Below, in pieces: positions 10,804-20,479 of a DNA stretch of 64,000 bases. Source of the stretch: an uncultured Verrucomicrobiae bacterium (lineage in GTDB: Bacteria; Verrucomicrobiota; Verrucomicrobiia; Chthoniobacterales; JAFAMB01); the NCBI GenBank assembly GCA_963762565.1, contig CAVXLD010000010.1:64001-128000 (forward strand), in the 5' to 3' direction. The notes below the pieces were generated by a model. That model did not search any database, had not been told where the DNA came from, and saw only the letters and a program-made list of their open reading frames with translations. Every line of letters begins with the position of its first letter. Within the stretch, counting starts at the first letter, position 1. The translations under genes and the position numbers were made by a program.

Positions 10804-11064
10804 AAAGCTACTAAAATAGCGGGTGCTGGGGGCAGACGAAAGGGCGAAACGGCGATACGGCGAATGGGCGAGGCGGCGAATCCGTGTTAGTCGTTTCGTT
10901 TTCGATGGGTCACAATGGCTGAGACTAACGGCCTGACCTATTACTCATGCGCGGACATCGCCCTGTCGCCGTTTCGCCGCATCGCCGGTGCGCCGTTTCG
11001 CCCATTCGCCGTTTCGCTTCCTTTGCGGTTCGGCGATTTCGTGGCATAATCGTTTTTTCTACTG

Positions 11065-12645
11065 ATGATCGCCGTCGACTCCACGACTCACTCTACAATC
11101 ATCATCCTGGATTTCGGTTCGCAATACACGCAGGTGATCGCTCGGCGGATCCGGGAAAGCCGGGTTTACTCCGAGATTGCGCCCTTCAATCTCTCGGCTG
11201 AGCAGATCCGAAAACTGCAGCCGAAAGGGATCGTCTTGTCCGGCGGGCCAGCCAGTGTGTTCGCCTCCAGCGCTCCTCTGCCGGATCCAGCAATCTTTTC
11301 GCTGGGAATCCCGATCCTAGGGATTTGCTATGGAGTTCATCTCATGGCGCTGCAGCTTAATGGCTCGGTCGAATTCTCAAATCGGCGCGAGTTCGGACCT
11401 GGCACCTTAAAGGTTCAGAGTCCGTCCCCATTATTTGACGGCTTGCCATTGGAGTTTCCCGTTTGGAATAGCCATGGAGACAAAGTCGTGTCCTTACCCC
11501 CAGGGTTTCAAACAGTTGGTATCAGCGAAAACAGTCCGTTTGCGGCGATTGAAGATCGGAGCCGGAACCTCTTTGGCGTCCAATTTCACCCTGAAGTCGC
11601 TCACACGCCCTTAGGAAAAGAGATCCTGGAGAACTTCGTTTACAACGTCTGTCAATGCCGGCCGGATTGGACCATGGGTTCCTTCATCGAGAGAAGTTGC
11701 CAGGAGATTCGCGAACGCGTCGGCCCGGATAAAGTCGTGCTTGGTCTCTCGGGTGGTGTGGACTCATCTGTGACTGCTGCCCTCATCCATCGGGCAATCG
11801 GCGATCAATTGACCTGCATCTTCGTCAACAACGGTCTCTTGCGCTCGCGTGAGGCCGAAACCGTCCAGAAAGTTTTCGGCGAAACGTTTCGTATCAAACT
11901 TCAATATGTCGATGCCAGTAACCGATTCCTCGAACGTCTGGCAGGCGTCACGGACCCAGAAAAAAAACGCAAGATTATCGGAGAAGAGTTTATCCGGGTT
12001 TTCGAAGCGACGGCTCTCGAGCTGAAAGCGCTGGATTCTAAAGACCATCGGTACCGGTACCTGGCCCAAGGAACTCTCTATCCCGACGTGATCGAGAGCG
12101 TGGCGATCGGTGGGAACCCGGCGGCGATGATTAAGAGCCATCATAACGTCGGCGGGTTGCCCGAGCACATGGACTTCGAATTGCTGGAACCACTTCGACA
12201 ACTCTTCAAAGACGAAGTCCGCCAGGTCGGTCTTGAGCTGGAACTCCCGAAAGAAATCGTCTTTCGCCAGCCTTTCCCCGGTCCGGGCCTGGCGGTGCGA
12301 GTGCTCGGCGAAATTACCCGGGAGCGGCTGCAAATACTGCGGCAAGCAGACGAGATTGTAGTGAACGAGATGAAAGCAGCGGACTGGTATTACAAGGTTT
12401 GGCAGTCTTTCGCCGTTCTGTTGCCAGTTCAATCCGTCGGGGTCATGGGCGACCAGCGAACGTACGAGAACACCGTTGCTCTGCGCATAGTAGAAAGCCA
12501 AGACGGGATGACCGCAGATTGGGTGCGGATCCCATACGAGATCCTAGCCAAGATCTCCAGCCGGATCATCAACGAGGTCAAAGGAGTAAACCGAGTTTGT
12601 TATGACATCTCCAGTAAGCCTCCGAGCACAATTGAGTGGGAGTGA
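11065..12645 (+). CDS. guaA: GMP synthase (glutamine-hydrolysing)
   Basis: [27 protein letters not shown] and KPPSTIEWE. Confidence 0.98.
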   Translation: MIAVDSTTHSTIIILDFGSQYTQVIARRIRESRVYSEIAPFNLSAEQIRKLQPKGIVLSGGPASVFASSAPLPDPAIFSLGIPILGICYGVHLMALQLNGSVEFSNRREFGPGTLKVQSPSPLFDGLPLEFPVWNSHGDKVVSLPPGFQTVGISENSPFAAIEDRSRNLFGVQFHPEVAHTPLGKEILENFVYNVCQCRPDWTMGSFIERSCQEIRERVGPDKVVLGLSGGVDSSVTAALIHRAIGDQLTCIFVNNGLLRSREAETVQKVFGETFRIKLQYVDASNRFLERLAGVTDPEKKRKIIGEEFIRVFEATALELKALDSKDHRYRYLAQGTLYPDVIESVAIGGNPAAMIKSHHNVGGLPEHMDFELLEPLRQLFKDEVRQVGLELELPKEIVFRQPFPGPGLAVRVLGEITRERLQILRQADEIVVNEMKAADWYYKVWQSFAVLLPVQSVGVMGDQRTYENTVALRIVESQDGMTADWVRIPYEILAKISSRIINEVKGVNRVCYDISSKPPSTIEWE

Positions 12646-12746
12646 GGGTTCGCAGTTAGCGGTTAGCGGTTAACAGTTGGCTTCCGCCCCATCATTCGCT
12701 TCCCGCTCCCGACTGCAAACGGCCAACTGCAAACCAACTGGCGGAT

Positions 12747-13454
12747 ATGAGCGAATTGAGAAAACCGGAACTTGCTGCGATTGAGGCCCTGGCTAAGCAT
12801 TTTTCTGCAACTTGGGAACATGGCGAGCAGCCGCCCGACGCTTACGTCAAGATCGGGAAGAAGGAGATCGCGGTCGATATCACGGCTATCAAGCAACGGA
12901 TGATTAAGTGGGACGACCAGGCGAAGCCTCGCCTCCGTTTCGATAAAGTCGTACTCGAATTGATTGGACGTTTGCAAACCGGCCTGCACGCGACCGTGCC
13001 CGATGGCAAAACTCTCATAGTGACCGTCACGGCTCCTATACGGCTACCAGGGAAGACAGCGGACACACTGGAAGACAGAATACTAAGCTCTCTGGCTCAC
13101 CGATCCGCTCGATTGGAGCTCAAGGACACCATCCATGGAAATCAGGTCCGTGTTCGTCTCGTAAAGAGTTTTGGAGGAACATCGAGAGTGATCGGATTCG
13201 TGCACAATCCCGACTCAGACCCCGAGATTCTCCTGGGTGTGACCGATTTAATGCTCAAGTGCATCGGCGCTGACGCGGGTAAAGGCATGCCGGCAGGCTT
13301 CGCGGGTGACCGATGGCTCGTTATCGGCTATGAGGGCAAGCCCATCCAAGTCGATACCTATCGTCAGGTCTGTTCCCAGATCTCCCTCCCGAGCGACTTG
13401 AAGAAGGTTTTGATGGTGTTTGCCGGCGGTTTGGTCGAGAGCCTGAGCGGCTAA
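12747..13454 (+). CDS. Hypothetical protein
   Basis: 235-aa ORF with normal composition filling the guaA-coaD gap; no family recognised. Confidence 0.7.
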   Translation: MSELRKPELAAIEALAKHFSATWEHGEQPPDAYVKIGKKEIAVDITAIKQRMIKWDDQAKPRLRFDKVVLELIGRLQTGLHATVPDGKTLIVTVTAPIRLPGKTADTLEDRILSSLAHRSARLELKDTIHGNQVRVRLVKSFGGTSRVIGFVHNPDSDPEILLGVTDLMLKCIGADAGKGMPAGFAGDRWLVIGYEGKPIQVDTYRQVCSQISLPSDLKKVLMVFAGGLVESLSG

Positions 13455-13470
13455 ACGCGAATTGGGCAGC

Positions 13471-13527
13471 GTTGGCGTTTGGCGTTTGGCGTTCGGCGTT
13501 CGGCGTTCGGCGTTCGGCGTTCGGCGG
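13471..13527. repeat. Heptamer tandem repeat (GTTCGGC/GTTTGGC)n
   Basis: About 8 consecutive units read directly. Confidence 0.9.
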
Positions 13528-13679
13528 TTTGCAGTTTCCCAACCCGTCGTCCACAATGCAGGCAAACCATCGTCCCATAAGTCCTATCGGTCCCATAGGT
13601 CCCATGCGTTCCTACCCATCCTCCCCGGAGCCGCGAACCAAAAACCGCAAACTGCTAACCCACGACCCTCACCTCCTCC

Positions 13680-14294
13680 ATGCGCCTCGCCATTTATCCA
13701 GGAAGTTTTGATCCGATCACTAACGGCCACCTCGATGTCATCCATAGGGCGTGCCGGTTATTCGACGAATTGATCGTCGCGGTGGCTTTAAACGATCAGA
13801 AACATACGTCCTGTTTGTTTACGATCGACGAACGGATCACCATTTTGACGGAAGCGTGTGAAGGGGTCGCTAAGGTCCGGGTGGCCAAGCTGAACGGTCT
13901 GCTGGTGGATTTTGCCCGTGCCTGCGGAGCGAGCGCGATCGTAAGAGGCCTGAGGGCGGTATCGGATTTCGAGTTTGAGTTCCAGATGGCGCTGATGAAT
14001 CGGAAGATGGAACCGGATATAGAGACAATCTTTCTGATGCCGAAAGAGGAGTACACTTATCTTAGCTCGAGGATTGTGAAAGAGATCGCCCGGCTCGGGG
14101 GCAACGTCGACGCCTTTGTCCCTCCCTCCGCGCGAAGAGCCTTGGCCAAGAAGCTATCCGGGCAGGGCGCCGGTGGGGCGAGCGTTGGTGGGGCGAGGCT
14201 CCCGAAAGACCCAATGCCTCATCAGCGCCAGACGGTGAGTCGACGCAAAGGGAACAAAAATAGAACGAAAAGCGCGCCGAGCCGTCACCCCTGA
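13680..14294 (+). CDS. coaD: Phosphopantetheine adenylyltransferase with REP-derived C-terminal extension
   Basis: YPGSFDPITNGH, RGLRAVSDFEFE and SSRIVKEIA; last ~40 aa read through a family-B repeat. Confidence 0.96.
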   Translation: MRLAIYPGSFDPITNGHLDVIHRACRLFDELIVAVALNDQKHTSCLFTIDERITILTEACEGVAKVRVAKLNGLLVDFARACGASAIVRGLRAVSDFEFEFQMALMNRKMEPDIETIFLMPKEEYTYLSSRIVKEIARLGGNVDAFVPPSARRALAKKLSGQGAGGASVGGARLPKDPMPHQRQTVSRRKGNKNRTKSAPSRHP

Positions 14295-14432
14295 AATGCC
14301 ACTCGAAGAGGCGCGGATCACACTATAGACCGGCGGCTCGGCACGATTGTCGGCCTATTGTTGCTCTTCGGCGTCGACACCACCTTATCCCTCGTATAAG
14401 TACTGGGTCTTTCGGGAGCCTCGCCCCACCAA
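14184..14432. repeat. REPIN-like element family B
   Basis: ttggtggggcgaggctcccgaaagaccca / tgggtctttcgggagcctcgccccaccaa inverted arms with inner gccgagcc/ggctcggc. Confidence 0.88.
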
Positions 14433-14589
14433 ATCAGTCCCCCAAAAAAAGCAGTAGAATGGTCCGGCTTAGCCGGAGTATTCTACTGCCATAGCCTGGA
14501 TTGCTTTCAAAGGTCCCGCCCACATCGCTCCCGCCGTGGCGGAAGAGGGCGGGTCTTTGAAAGCAATCCAGGCTCGGGAGGAATTCGCC

Positions 14590-15051
14590 ATGAAAATTCA
14601 CGTCAATCAAATCCCGGCGAAAGGCGCAGCGTTCGAAGGCAAGGAACAGAGCGACATACTCGAGCTGAACGAACCGGGTTTTCGCCCGGCGGATACGTTG
14701 TCGTATTCACTCTTCGCTGAATTCGACAAAGACACGCTTTTGGTGAGCGGTACGCTATCGATCGTTTTGGAACTCGATTGTGTCAGTTGTTTACAGCCTT
14801 TTGTCTATCCGCTTGAGGTCCGGGATTTCGCAGTACAGATCCCGGCTGGGCCCCACGATACTGTCGACTTGACGCCATACCTACGCGAAGATATTGTCCT
14901 GGCTCTTCCGGCGCATCCGAGGTGCGATTGGGACGGGAGCCGTGTTTGTCCCGGGCCAAAGATACCGAGTCAAGTGACGGAGGAAAAAGAGCCGAGCCAG
15001 CCAGATGCGTGGGCAGCCTTAGATGAATTGAACTTAAGAAAGAATAACTAG
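14590..15051 (+). CDS. yceD: DUF177/YceD family protein
   Basis: CxxC (CVSC), DLTPYLREDIVLALP, C..C and W.AL; upstream of rpmF; GGAGG before ATG 14590. Confidence 0.85.
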   Translation: MKIHVNQIPAKGAAFEGKEQSDILELNEPGFRPADTLSYSLFAEFDKDTLLVSGTLSIVLELDCVSCLQPFVYPLEVRDFAVQIPAGPHDTVDLTPYLREDIVLALPAHPRCDWDGSRVCPGPKIPSQVTEEKEPSQPDAWAALDELNLRKNN

Positions 15052-15055
15052 CACA

Positions 15056-15238
15056 ATGGGTGTACCAAAACGAAAAACGTCCAAGATGAGACTTCGGACG
15101 CGCAGAGCCGCCAACCGCTGGCACGCCCCGCAGCTGACCAAGTGTCCTCAATGTGGTAGCCGAGTCCGCGGCCACACAGCATGCCCCGCCTGCGGATACT
15201 ATCGCGGACGACAGATTTTGTCGGTTGAAGTAGCTTAA
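15056..15238 (+). CDS. rpmF: 50S ribosomal protein L32
   Basis: MGVPKRKTSK; CPQCG..H..CPACGYY zinc ribbon. Confidence 0.97.
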   Translation: MGVPKRKTSKMRLRTRRAANRWHAPQLTKCPQCGSRVRGHTACPACGYYRGRQILSVEVA

Positions 15239-15247
15239 AGGTCCGCA

Positions 15248-15462
15248 GTTGGTAGGGCGAGGCTCCTGTACAGCCTAAACCTTATCGCAAGGTTATCCTT
15301 TTGTGCCCGACAGCTAGTTGAGTAAGGCCGAAACGCCGCCGAGCCATCCGTGCAGCTTATCCACGTCCTGGCGGGCGCAGTGACCTGGTTTACCTGATCT
15401 AGAGAGAACGCCAGAGGCGTTGCGAAGGTTTTTTTATCTTTCGGGAGCCTCGCCCCACCAAC
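15248..15462. repeat. REPIN-like element family B
   Basis: gttggtagggcgaggctcc / ggagcctcgccccacaac arms. Confidence 0.8.
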
Positions 15463-15578
15463 CCTAAACGGCCAACCGCTAACTGTTCGGCTGCGAATTC
15501 CTGTTGAACGGGCCTTTTTATTGCGCTAATCACGGGGTCTAGGCTTTTCGGGTTTCAGGTCAGTCTAAGCCGGCACGT

Positions 15579-16607
15579 ATGAGGATCGCATTAGATGCTA
15601 TGGGAGGAGACTTCGCTCCCAAGAACAACGTCGAAGGGGCCGTTCTAGCGCTAAAAGAGTATCCGCACGTTGAAAAACTCTTCCTGGTCGGTGACGCCAT
15701 GACGATCAGCGCCGAGCTGAAGCGCATCGGGTATCAGGACCAAAGAATTGAAGTTTTTCATGCTTCCGAGGTCGTGAACATGCACGAGTCAGCGGCTAAG
15801 GCAGTTCGCCAAAAAAAGGACTCTTCTATTTCCCGCGCGGTTGATCTGGTAAAAAGCGGCTCCGCCCAAGCGGTAGTGTCCGCCGGTCACACCGGCGCTG
15901 CTGTTGCCGCCTCGGTATTGAAGCTGCGCACACTGAAGGGAATCGAACGGCCGGCGGTTGCTTGCATATTGCCGACTGAACACGGCGTTTTTGTTTTGAT
16001 CGATGCCGGCGCCAACCCGGACTCCACACCCGAAAACTTGTTGCAATTCGGCATTATGGGCTCGGTTTTCTCTGAGCAAGTTCTGGGGAACAAAACGGCG
16101 AAGGTCGCCCTGCTTTCTATTGGTGAAGAAGATCTCAAAGGAAACGATGTTACCAAAGAGGCTTTCAAAGTCCTGAAAACATCTAACCTCAATTTCCAAG
16201 GCAATATCGAGGGGCGCGACCTTTACGAGAACCCGGCAGATGTCGTGGTTTGCGATGGCTTTACCGGCAACGTCGTTTTGAAGACGTCTGAGTCGATCGC
16301 CTACGCCATTTTCGGATGGTTACGGAGGGAACTGAACCGCGGATTGGTAAGAAAGCTTGGGGCCAGTTTGGCTCGAGGCGCCTTTCGCGACATTTACAAG
16401 AAAACCAACTCTGAGGAGTACGGCGGTATGCCGCTGCTTGGAGTCAACGGTGTGTGCATCATCGCCCACGGCTCCAGCTCGCCTGTGGCGATGAAAAATG
16501 CGATTCGGGTCGCCGCCGAGTCGGTGAAACAGGATCTTAACCCCCACATCTTACGGAAGCTCGAAATTTATAATGAGAATCTCGCCGCGACCACATCGGT
16601 CCAATAA
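15579..16607 (+). CDS. plsX: Phosphate acyltransferase
   Basis: IALDAMGGDFAP, GIERPA, DGFTGNVVLK and LLGVNG..HG. Confidence 0.97.
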   Translation: MRIALDAMGGDFAPKNNVEGAVLALKEYPHVEKLFLVGDAMTISAELKRIGYQDQRIEVFHASEVVNMHESAAKAVRQKKDSSISRAVDLVKSGSAQAVVSAGHTGAAVAASVLKLRTLKGIERPAVACILPTEHGVFVLIDAGANPDSTPENLLQFGIMGSVFSEQVLGNKTAKVALLSIGEEDLKGNDVTKEAFKVLKTSNLNFQGNIEGRDLYENPADVVVCDGFTGNVVLKTSESIAYAIFGWLRRELNRGLVRKLGASLARGAFRDIYKKTNSEEYGGMPLLGVNGVCIIAHGSSSPVAMKNAIRVAAESVKQDLNPHILRKLEIYNENLAATTSVQ

Positions 16608-17592
16608 ACCCTGCCGGACCGTCTCGATTATCGGAACCGGCAGTTACACTCCTGAACGGATCCTGACCAATCATGATCTGGAAAAGATGGTTGATACGAC
16701 AGATCAATGGATTCGCACCCGGACAGGTATTAGAGAGCGACGAATTGCGAAAGATAGCGAGACCACCAGCGACATGGCCACTCGAGCTGCGCTGGCGGCC
16801 ATGGAACAGGCCAAAGTCACTCCGGAAGAGATTGATTTGATTATCGTCGCCACGGCCACGCCGGACCATCAGTTTCCCGCCACCGCCTGTTTTGTACAAA
16901 AGAAGATCGGCGCTATCAACGCCGCTTGTTTTGATGTCTCTGCGGCTTGTTCCGGGTTTCTCTATGCGCTCGAGATTGGCCAGCAGTTTATCTCTACCCA
17001 CGTCTATAACACCGTTCTAATTATCGGCGCCGACAAACTGAGCGCGATAATCGATTGGGCAGATCGCAACACCTGCGTGCTTTTCGGAGACGGAGCCGGA
17101 GCTGCGATTCTGCGTAATCGACCTCATTCTCATGGCGTGATCTCCACCTATATGGGAAGCGATGGAGCGTTCACCGATATTCTAATCATGCCGGGAGGCG
17201 GCACTCGCTGCCCTATTACGCCGGAGAATATCGATCAGCGGCTGAACACGCTAAAGATGTCCGGCAGGGAAGTCTACAAACAAGCGGTCGTTTCCATGTT
17301 CAATGCTGGGACGCGCGTTCTGGATGAAGCAGGATTGCAGTACGAAGACATTAATTGTGTGATCCCTCATCAAGCTAATCTGCGAATTATCGAGGCGATC
17401 GCGGAACGGATGGCGCTGCCGATGGATAAATTCTATGTCAATTTGGATCGGTTTGGGAACACATCAGCAGCTGCTGTCGCTATCGCGCTCGACGAAGCTC
17501 ACCGTACCGGCCGGATCCAAATTGGTGACTACATTCTCCTGATCGTTTTCGGCGGCGGCCTGACTTGGGCTAGTTCGGTGATTCAGTGGTAA
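16573..17592 (+). CDS. fabH: Beta-ketoacyl-ACP synthase III
   Basis: WIRTRTGIRERR, AACSGF, HQAN and GNTSAA. Confidence 0.97.
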   Translation: MRISPRPHRSNKPCRTVSIIGTGSYTPERILTNHDLEKMVDTTDQWIRTRTGIRERRIAKDSETTSDMATRAALAAMEQAKVTPEEIDLIIVATATPDHQFPATACFVQKKIGAINAACFDVSAACSGFLYALEIGQQFISTHVYNTVLIIGADKLSAIIDWADRNTCVLFGDGAGAAILRNRPHSHGVISTYMGSDGAFTDILIMPGGGTRCPITPENIDQRLNTLKMSGREVYKQAVVSMFNAGTRVLDEAGLQYEDINCVIPHQANLRIIEAIAERMALPMDKFYVNLDRFGNTSAAAVAIALDEAHRTGRIQIGDYILLIVFGGGLTWASSVIQW

Positions 17593-17644
17593 CCGCGTTA
17601 GCAGTTCACAGTTTGCCGTTGGTCCGTTTTCGGCGGCAACTGTG

Positions 17645-17735
17645 TTGTCCCGGAGGGACTGAATGAAGGTAGCCTTACGATGTGTTTTCCAGGCATTTCA
17701 TGCCAGGCTACCTTCATTTAGTCCCTCCGGGACAA
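17645..17735. repeat. Palindromic REP-like element (family D)
   Basis: ttgtcccggagggactgaatgaaggtagcc / ggctaccttcatttagtccctccgggacaa near-perfect inverted repeat. Confidence 0.85.
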
Positions 17736-17748
17736 GCTAGCTGCAACT

Positions 17749-18603
17749 ATGAACGTGAACCCACTCATCGACACTCACTGCCACCTCGATTTTCCTGAAT
17801 TTGCGAACGATCTTGATGCCGTAATCAAGCGCGCAACCGCCGCTGGCGTTGACAGGATCATCACGATCGGGACTTCGTTAGACTCAAGCCGGGCGGCGAT
17901 CGAGTTAGCAAATCGTTACCCTAATGTCTTCGCGACGGTGGGTCTGCACCCGACGTCGATCACGGAGGATACGCCTGAGTTTATCGAAGAACTGAAACAA
18001 CTGGCTGGGCATCCGAAAGCCGTCGCGATTGGGGAGTGCGGACTGGATTTTTATCGACTATCTGACGACGATAAACCGGATCTTGTGGAATCGGCCTTCG
18101 GATCCATCACCCAGAGCGGGATTGAAACAGACCTGAGAATCGATTCACTGAAAGCAGCGCAGGGCGCGGCGTTTGAGCAACAGCTTGAGCTGGCGGCGCA
18201 ATTGGGGAAACCGGTCGTTATTCATCAACGAGATTCGTGGAATGAAACGCTAGAGATCATTAAGCCGTATTCGGTGAACGCGGTATTTCACTGCTTTACC
18301 GGTGGCTTAGCAGAGTTGAAAGAAGTGCTAGCGCTTGGATACCACGTCTCATTCACTGGCATCGCGACGTTTAAGAGCGCTGCCGATGTCCGGGCAGCGG
18401 CCAAAGTCGTACCTTCTGATCGGGTGATGGTAGAGACCGATGCGCCGTATCTGGCGCCGGTTCCTCACCGGGGAAAACGCTGTGAGCCTGCGTACGTGCG
18501 CTTCACGGCGGAATCGATCGCGAGAGAACGCGGGGTAAGCCCTGACGACTTCGCTAAAACCACCACCGATAACGCGGAACGCTTCTTTGGGCTCGTACCT
18601 TAA
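17749..18603 (+). CDS. TatD family hydrolase
   Basis: DTHCH, GLHP, AIGECGLD, HCF and ETDAPY. Confidence 0.95.
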   Translation: MNVNPLIDTHCHLDFPEFANDLDAVIKRATAAGVDRIITIGTSLDSSRAAIELANRYPNVFATVGLHPTSITEDTPEFIEELKQLAGHPKAVAIGECGLDFYRLSDDDKPDLVESAFGSITQSGIETDLRIDSLKAAQGAAFEQQLELAAQLGKPVVIHQRDSWNETLEIIKPYSVNAVFHCFTGGLAELKEVLALGYHVSFTGIATFKSAADVRAAAKVVPSDRVMVETDAPYLAPVPHRGKRCEPAYVRFTAESIARERGVSPDDFAKTTTDNAERFFGLVP

Positions 18604-18641
18604 GCGATCGCGTTCCTACACTGCTGGCGAACACGCCCATC

Positions 18642-18835
18642 CGGGAGGGATCGCGTCCTCGTACCGCGGCCGCGGGATTGTTACCGAGGACGTGACATAA
18701 TCGCGGGCAAAAATACACCGCGAGTTGTGGCATGTCCTCGAGGCGCGCGGGGATCCGACGTCGCCCCGTTGGCAGAAAATCGATCGGATGCCTTAGGCTA
18801 TGTCGGACAGGCAGCGCGCCCTCCCCGATTTGCAC
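18642..18835. repeat. REP/REPIN-like element family C
   Basis: About 110 bp nearly identical to 50711-50822. Confidence 0.85.
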
Positions 18836-19021
18836 GTAACAAACGCGGGGCATAATCCAGCCCACAAAAAAACAAACAGTTCATGTCCCCACCTACCGAA
18901 TTACGAGCAGGTGGGGGAGACTAATTCGTCACTACAGGCGGAACCTGTCGCGCCGTAGGCTTGGTGAAGGCGGAACTTATCGCGCCGAAGTCCCAGTTAA
19001 CCGGGACGAAGGCAGACTGCC

Positions 19022-19372
19022 TTATCGGCGGCGAAAATCGCGATCTTTTCCTCTGCGGTTATCACGGCCACCGCCACCACCGCCACGACCGGCCTCACTC
19101 GGGAAGAATCGATCTTGTCGAGGTTCCGGCGGTCGAGCTTCGTTTACGGTAAGCGCACGATTGTCTAAAGAATAACCGTTGAACTTGTTGATGGCCTCTG
19201 TGGCTTGTTCACCTGATTCCATGGTTACGAATCCAAACCCACGTGATTTCCCCGTGAATTTGTCCTGAATGATTTTGACGTCGACGACGTTTCCAACCTG
19301 TCCGAACAGGTCTTGTAGATCTAGCTCGGTCGTAGCGAAGGATAGATTTCCTACGTAGAGTTTTGCTGACAT
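19022..19372 (-). CDS. RRM-domain RNA-binding protein with Gly/Arg-rich tail
   Basis: RNP2 LYVGNL, RNP1 RGFGFVTM, LTVNEARP. Confidence 0.95.
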   Translation of the reverse strand: MSAKLYVGNLSFATTELDLQDLFGQVGNVVDVKIIQDKFTGKSRGFGFVTMESGEQATEAINKFNGYSLDNRALTVNEARPPEPRQDRFFPSEAGRGGGGGGRDNRRGKDRDFRRR

Positions 19373-19636
19373 AATAACAGTTTTTCGGGGACACCTCCTC
19401 GAGCAAGCCGGTCGAAACCGGATCCGATCGCCAACCGCTTAAGTGCTGACAATTACCTCGAACGAAAAGAAGTCCCTATCGGCTACGGCAGGAAGCGCCC
19501 GGTTTCAAGTGGAAAAGGGCCTGAAAAGGAGTTGGTAGGGCGAGGCTCCGGAATGCTCGAGAGGAGTCGCAGCGTGAAATCGCGTACATGATATGCGGCA
19601 AGCAATCGCCGAGAGCTGCCGAGCCTTGGGTTGCGG

Positions 19637-20062
19637 CTATTCCTTGTCTCCGTCACCGCTCCAATGAAAATGAACCGGGATCTCTATGTCGGGATGTAAA
19701 CTTTCGCAAACTGGGCAAGCTAGAGCCGCTTTCTCTAATGCGCTTTTTTTTGGGTGAGTAGCAGGGAGTGGAACCGTAATATCGACGGTTAATTTCTTGA
19801 TCCGCCGGACCGGCTCCTGAAGCATCTCTTTTGAAACACTGACTTTCGTTCCTGTCAGATCCATCTCATGGCGTTCGGCAAACAGACCCATGATCGTGAC
19901 CATGCAAGTGCCCAAAGCCGTGGCCACAAGATCGGTGGGAGAAAAGGAAGAGCCTTTCCCGCCGTTATCGACGGGAGCATCCGTCAAAATTCCGGTACCA
20001 GAAGGCGTATGAACGGCTTCGGTCTGTAGCTGCCCCTTATATTCGATTTCGATTTTGACCAT
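19637..20062 (-). CDS. OsmC family protein
   Basis: TDAPVDN.G.GS.FSPTDL..ALGTC; second Cys in ACPV..SL. Confidence 0.92.
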   Translation of the reverse strand: MVKIEIEYKGQLQTEAVHTPSGTGILTDAPVDNGGKGSSFSPTDLVATALGTCMVTIMGLFAERHEMDLTGTKVSVSKEMLQEPVRRIKKLTVDITVPLPATHPKKSALEKAALACPVCESLHPDIEIPVHFHWSGDGDKE

Positions 20063-20156
20063 GGAAGCTGTATACGCCGACTCGGTTCAGGATGCTAGAC
20101 CGGAGGAGCTAGGAGCTGGAATCTAGGATCTAGGAGCGGCGTTGGCGCACGGACTT

Positions 20157-20444
20157 TTGGTGGGGCGAGGCTCCCGAACAGCCCATCGAAATCCGCAGCG
20201 GAGGTGTAGGTTCGACTAGGATGCGCCTAGCCGGCCCGATACGCTCGCCGAGCCGTACCCAGCACTTGATAACACCCCTGGACGTAGAATCCTCGACCGA
20301 GCTCGCTGAAATTCTTTGGTCTGGCGTCTTGGCACACGCTGGGACGCGGCTCGGCATGTCAATCGGTGAAGCGTACGCCCGGTTGAGCTAAATCGAACTC
20401 TTCGTTTCGATCTCTGAGACCGTTCGGGAGCCTCGCCCCACCAC
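20157..20444. repeat. REPIN-like element family B
   Basis: tggtggggcgaggctcccgaac / gttcgggagcctcgccccacca arms. Confidence 0.88.
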
Positions 20445-20479
20445 AAGTCTATGCAGCAGACGTGCCCTGATTCTAACTC

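Noticed and set aside
11764..12501. Long antisense ORFs in guaA, the RND genes and the receptors
   Set aside because: Shadow frames of genuine genes; recurrence across receptors only reflects paralogy
13471..13527. Tandem repeats and REP copies as a CRISPR array
   Set aside because: No regular repeat-spacer periodicity and no cas genes
19373..19510. Structured ncRNA upstream of the RRM gene
   Set aside because: Only a short ccgg-tcgaaa-ccgg hairpin; no recognisable family and no second copy
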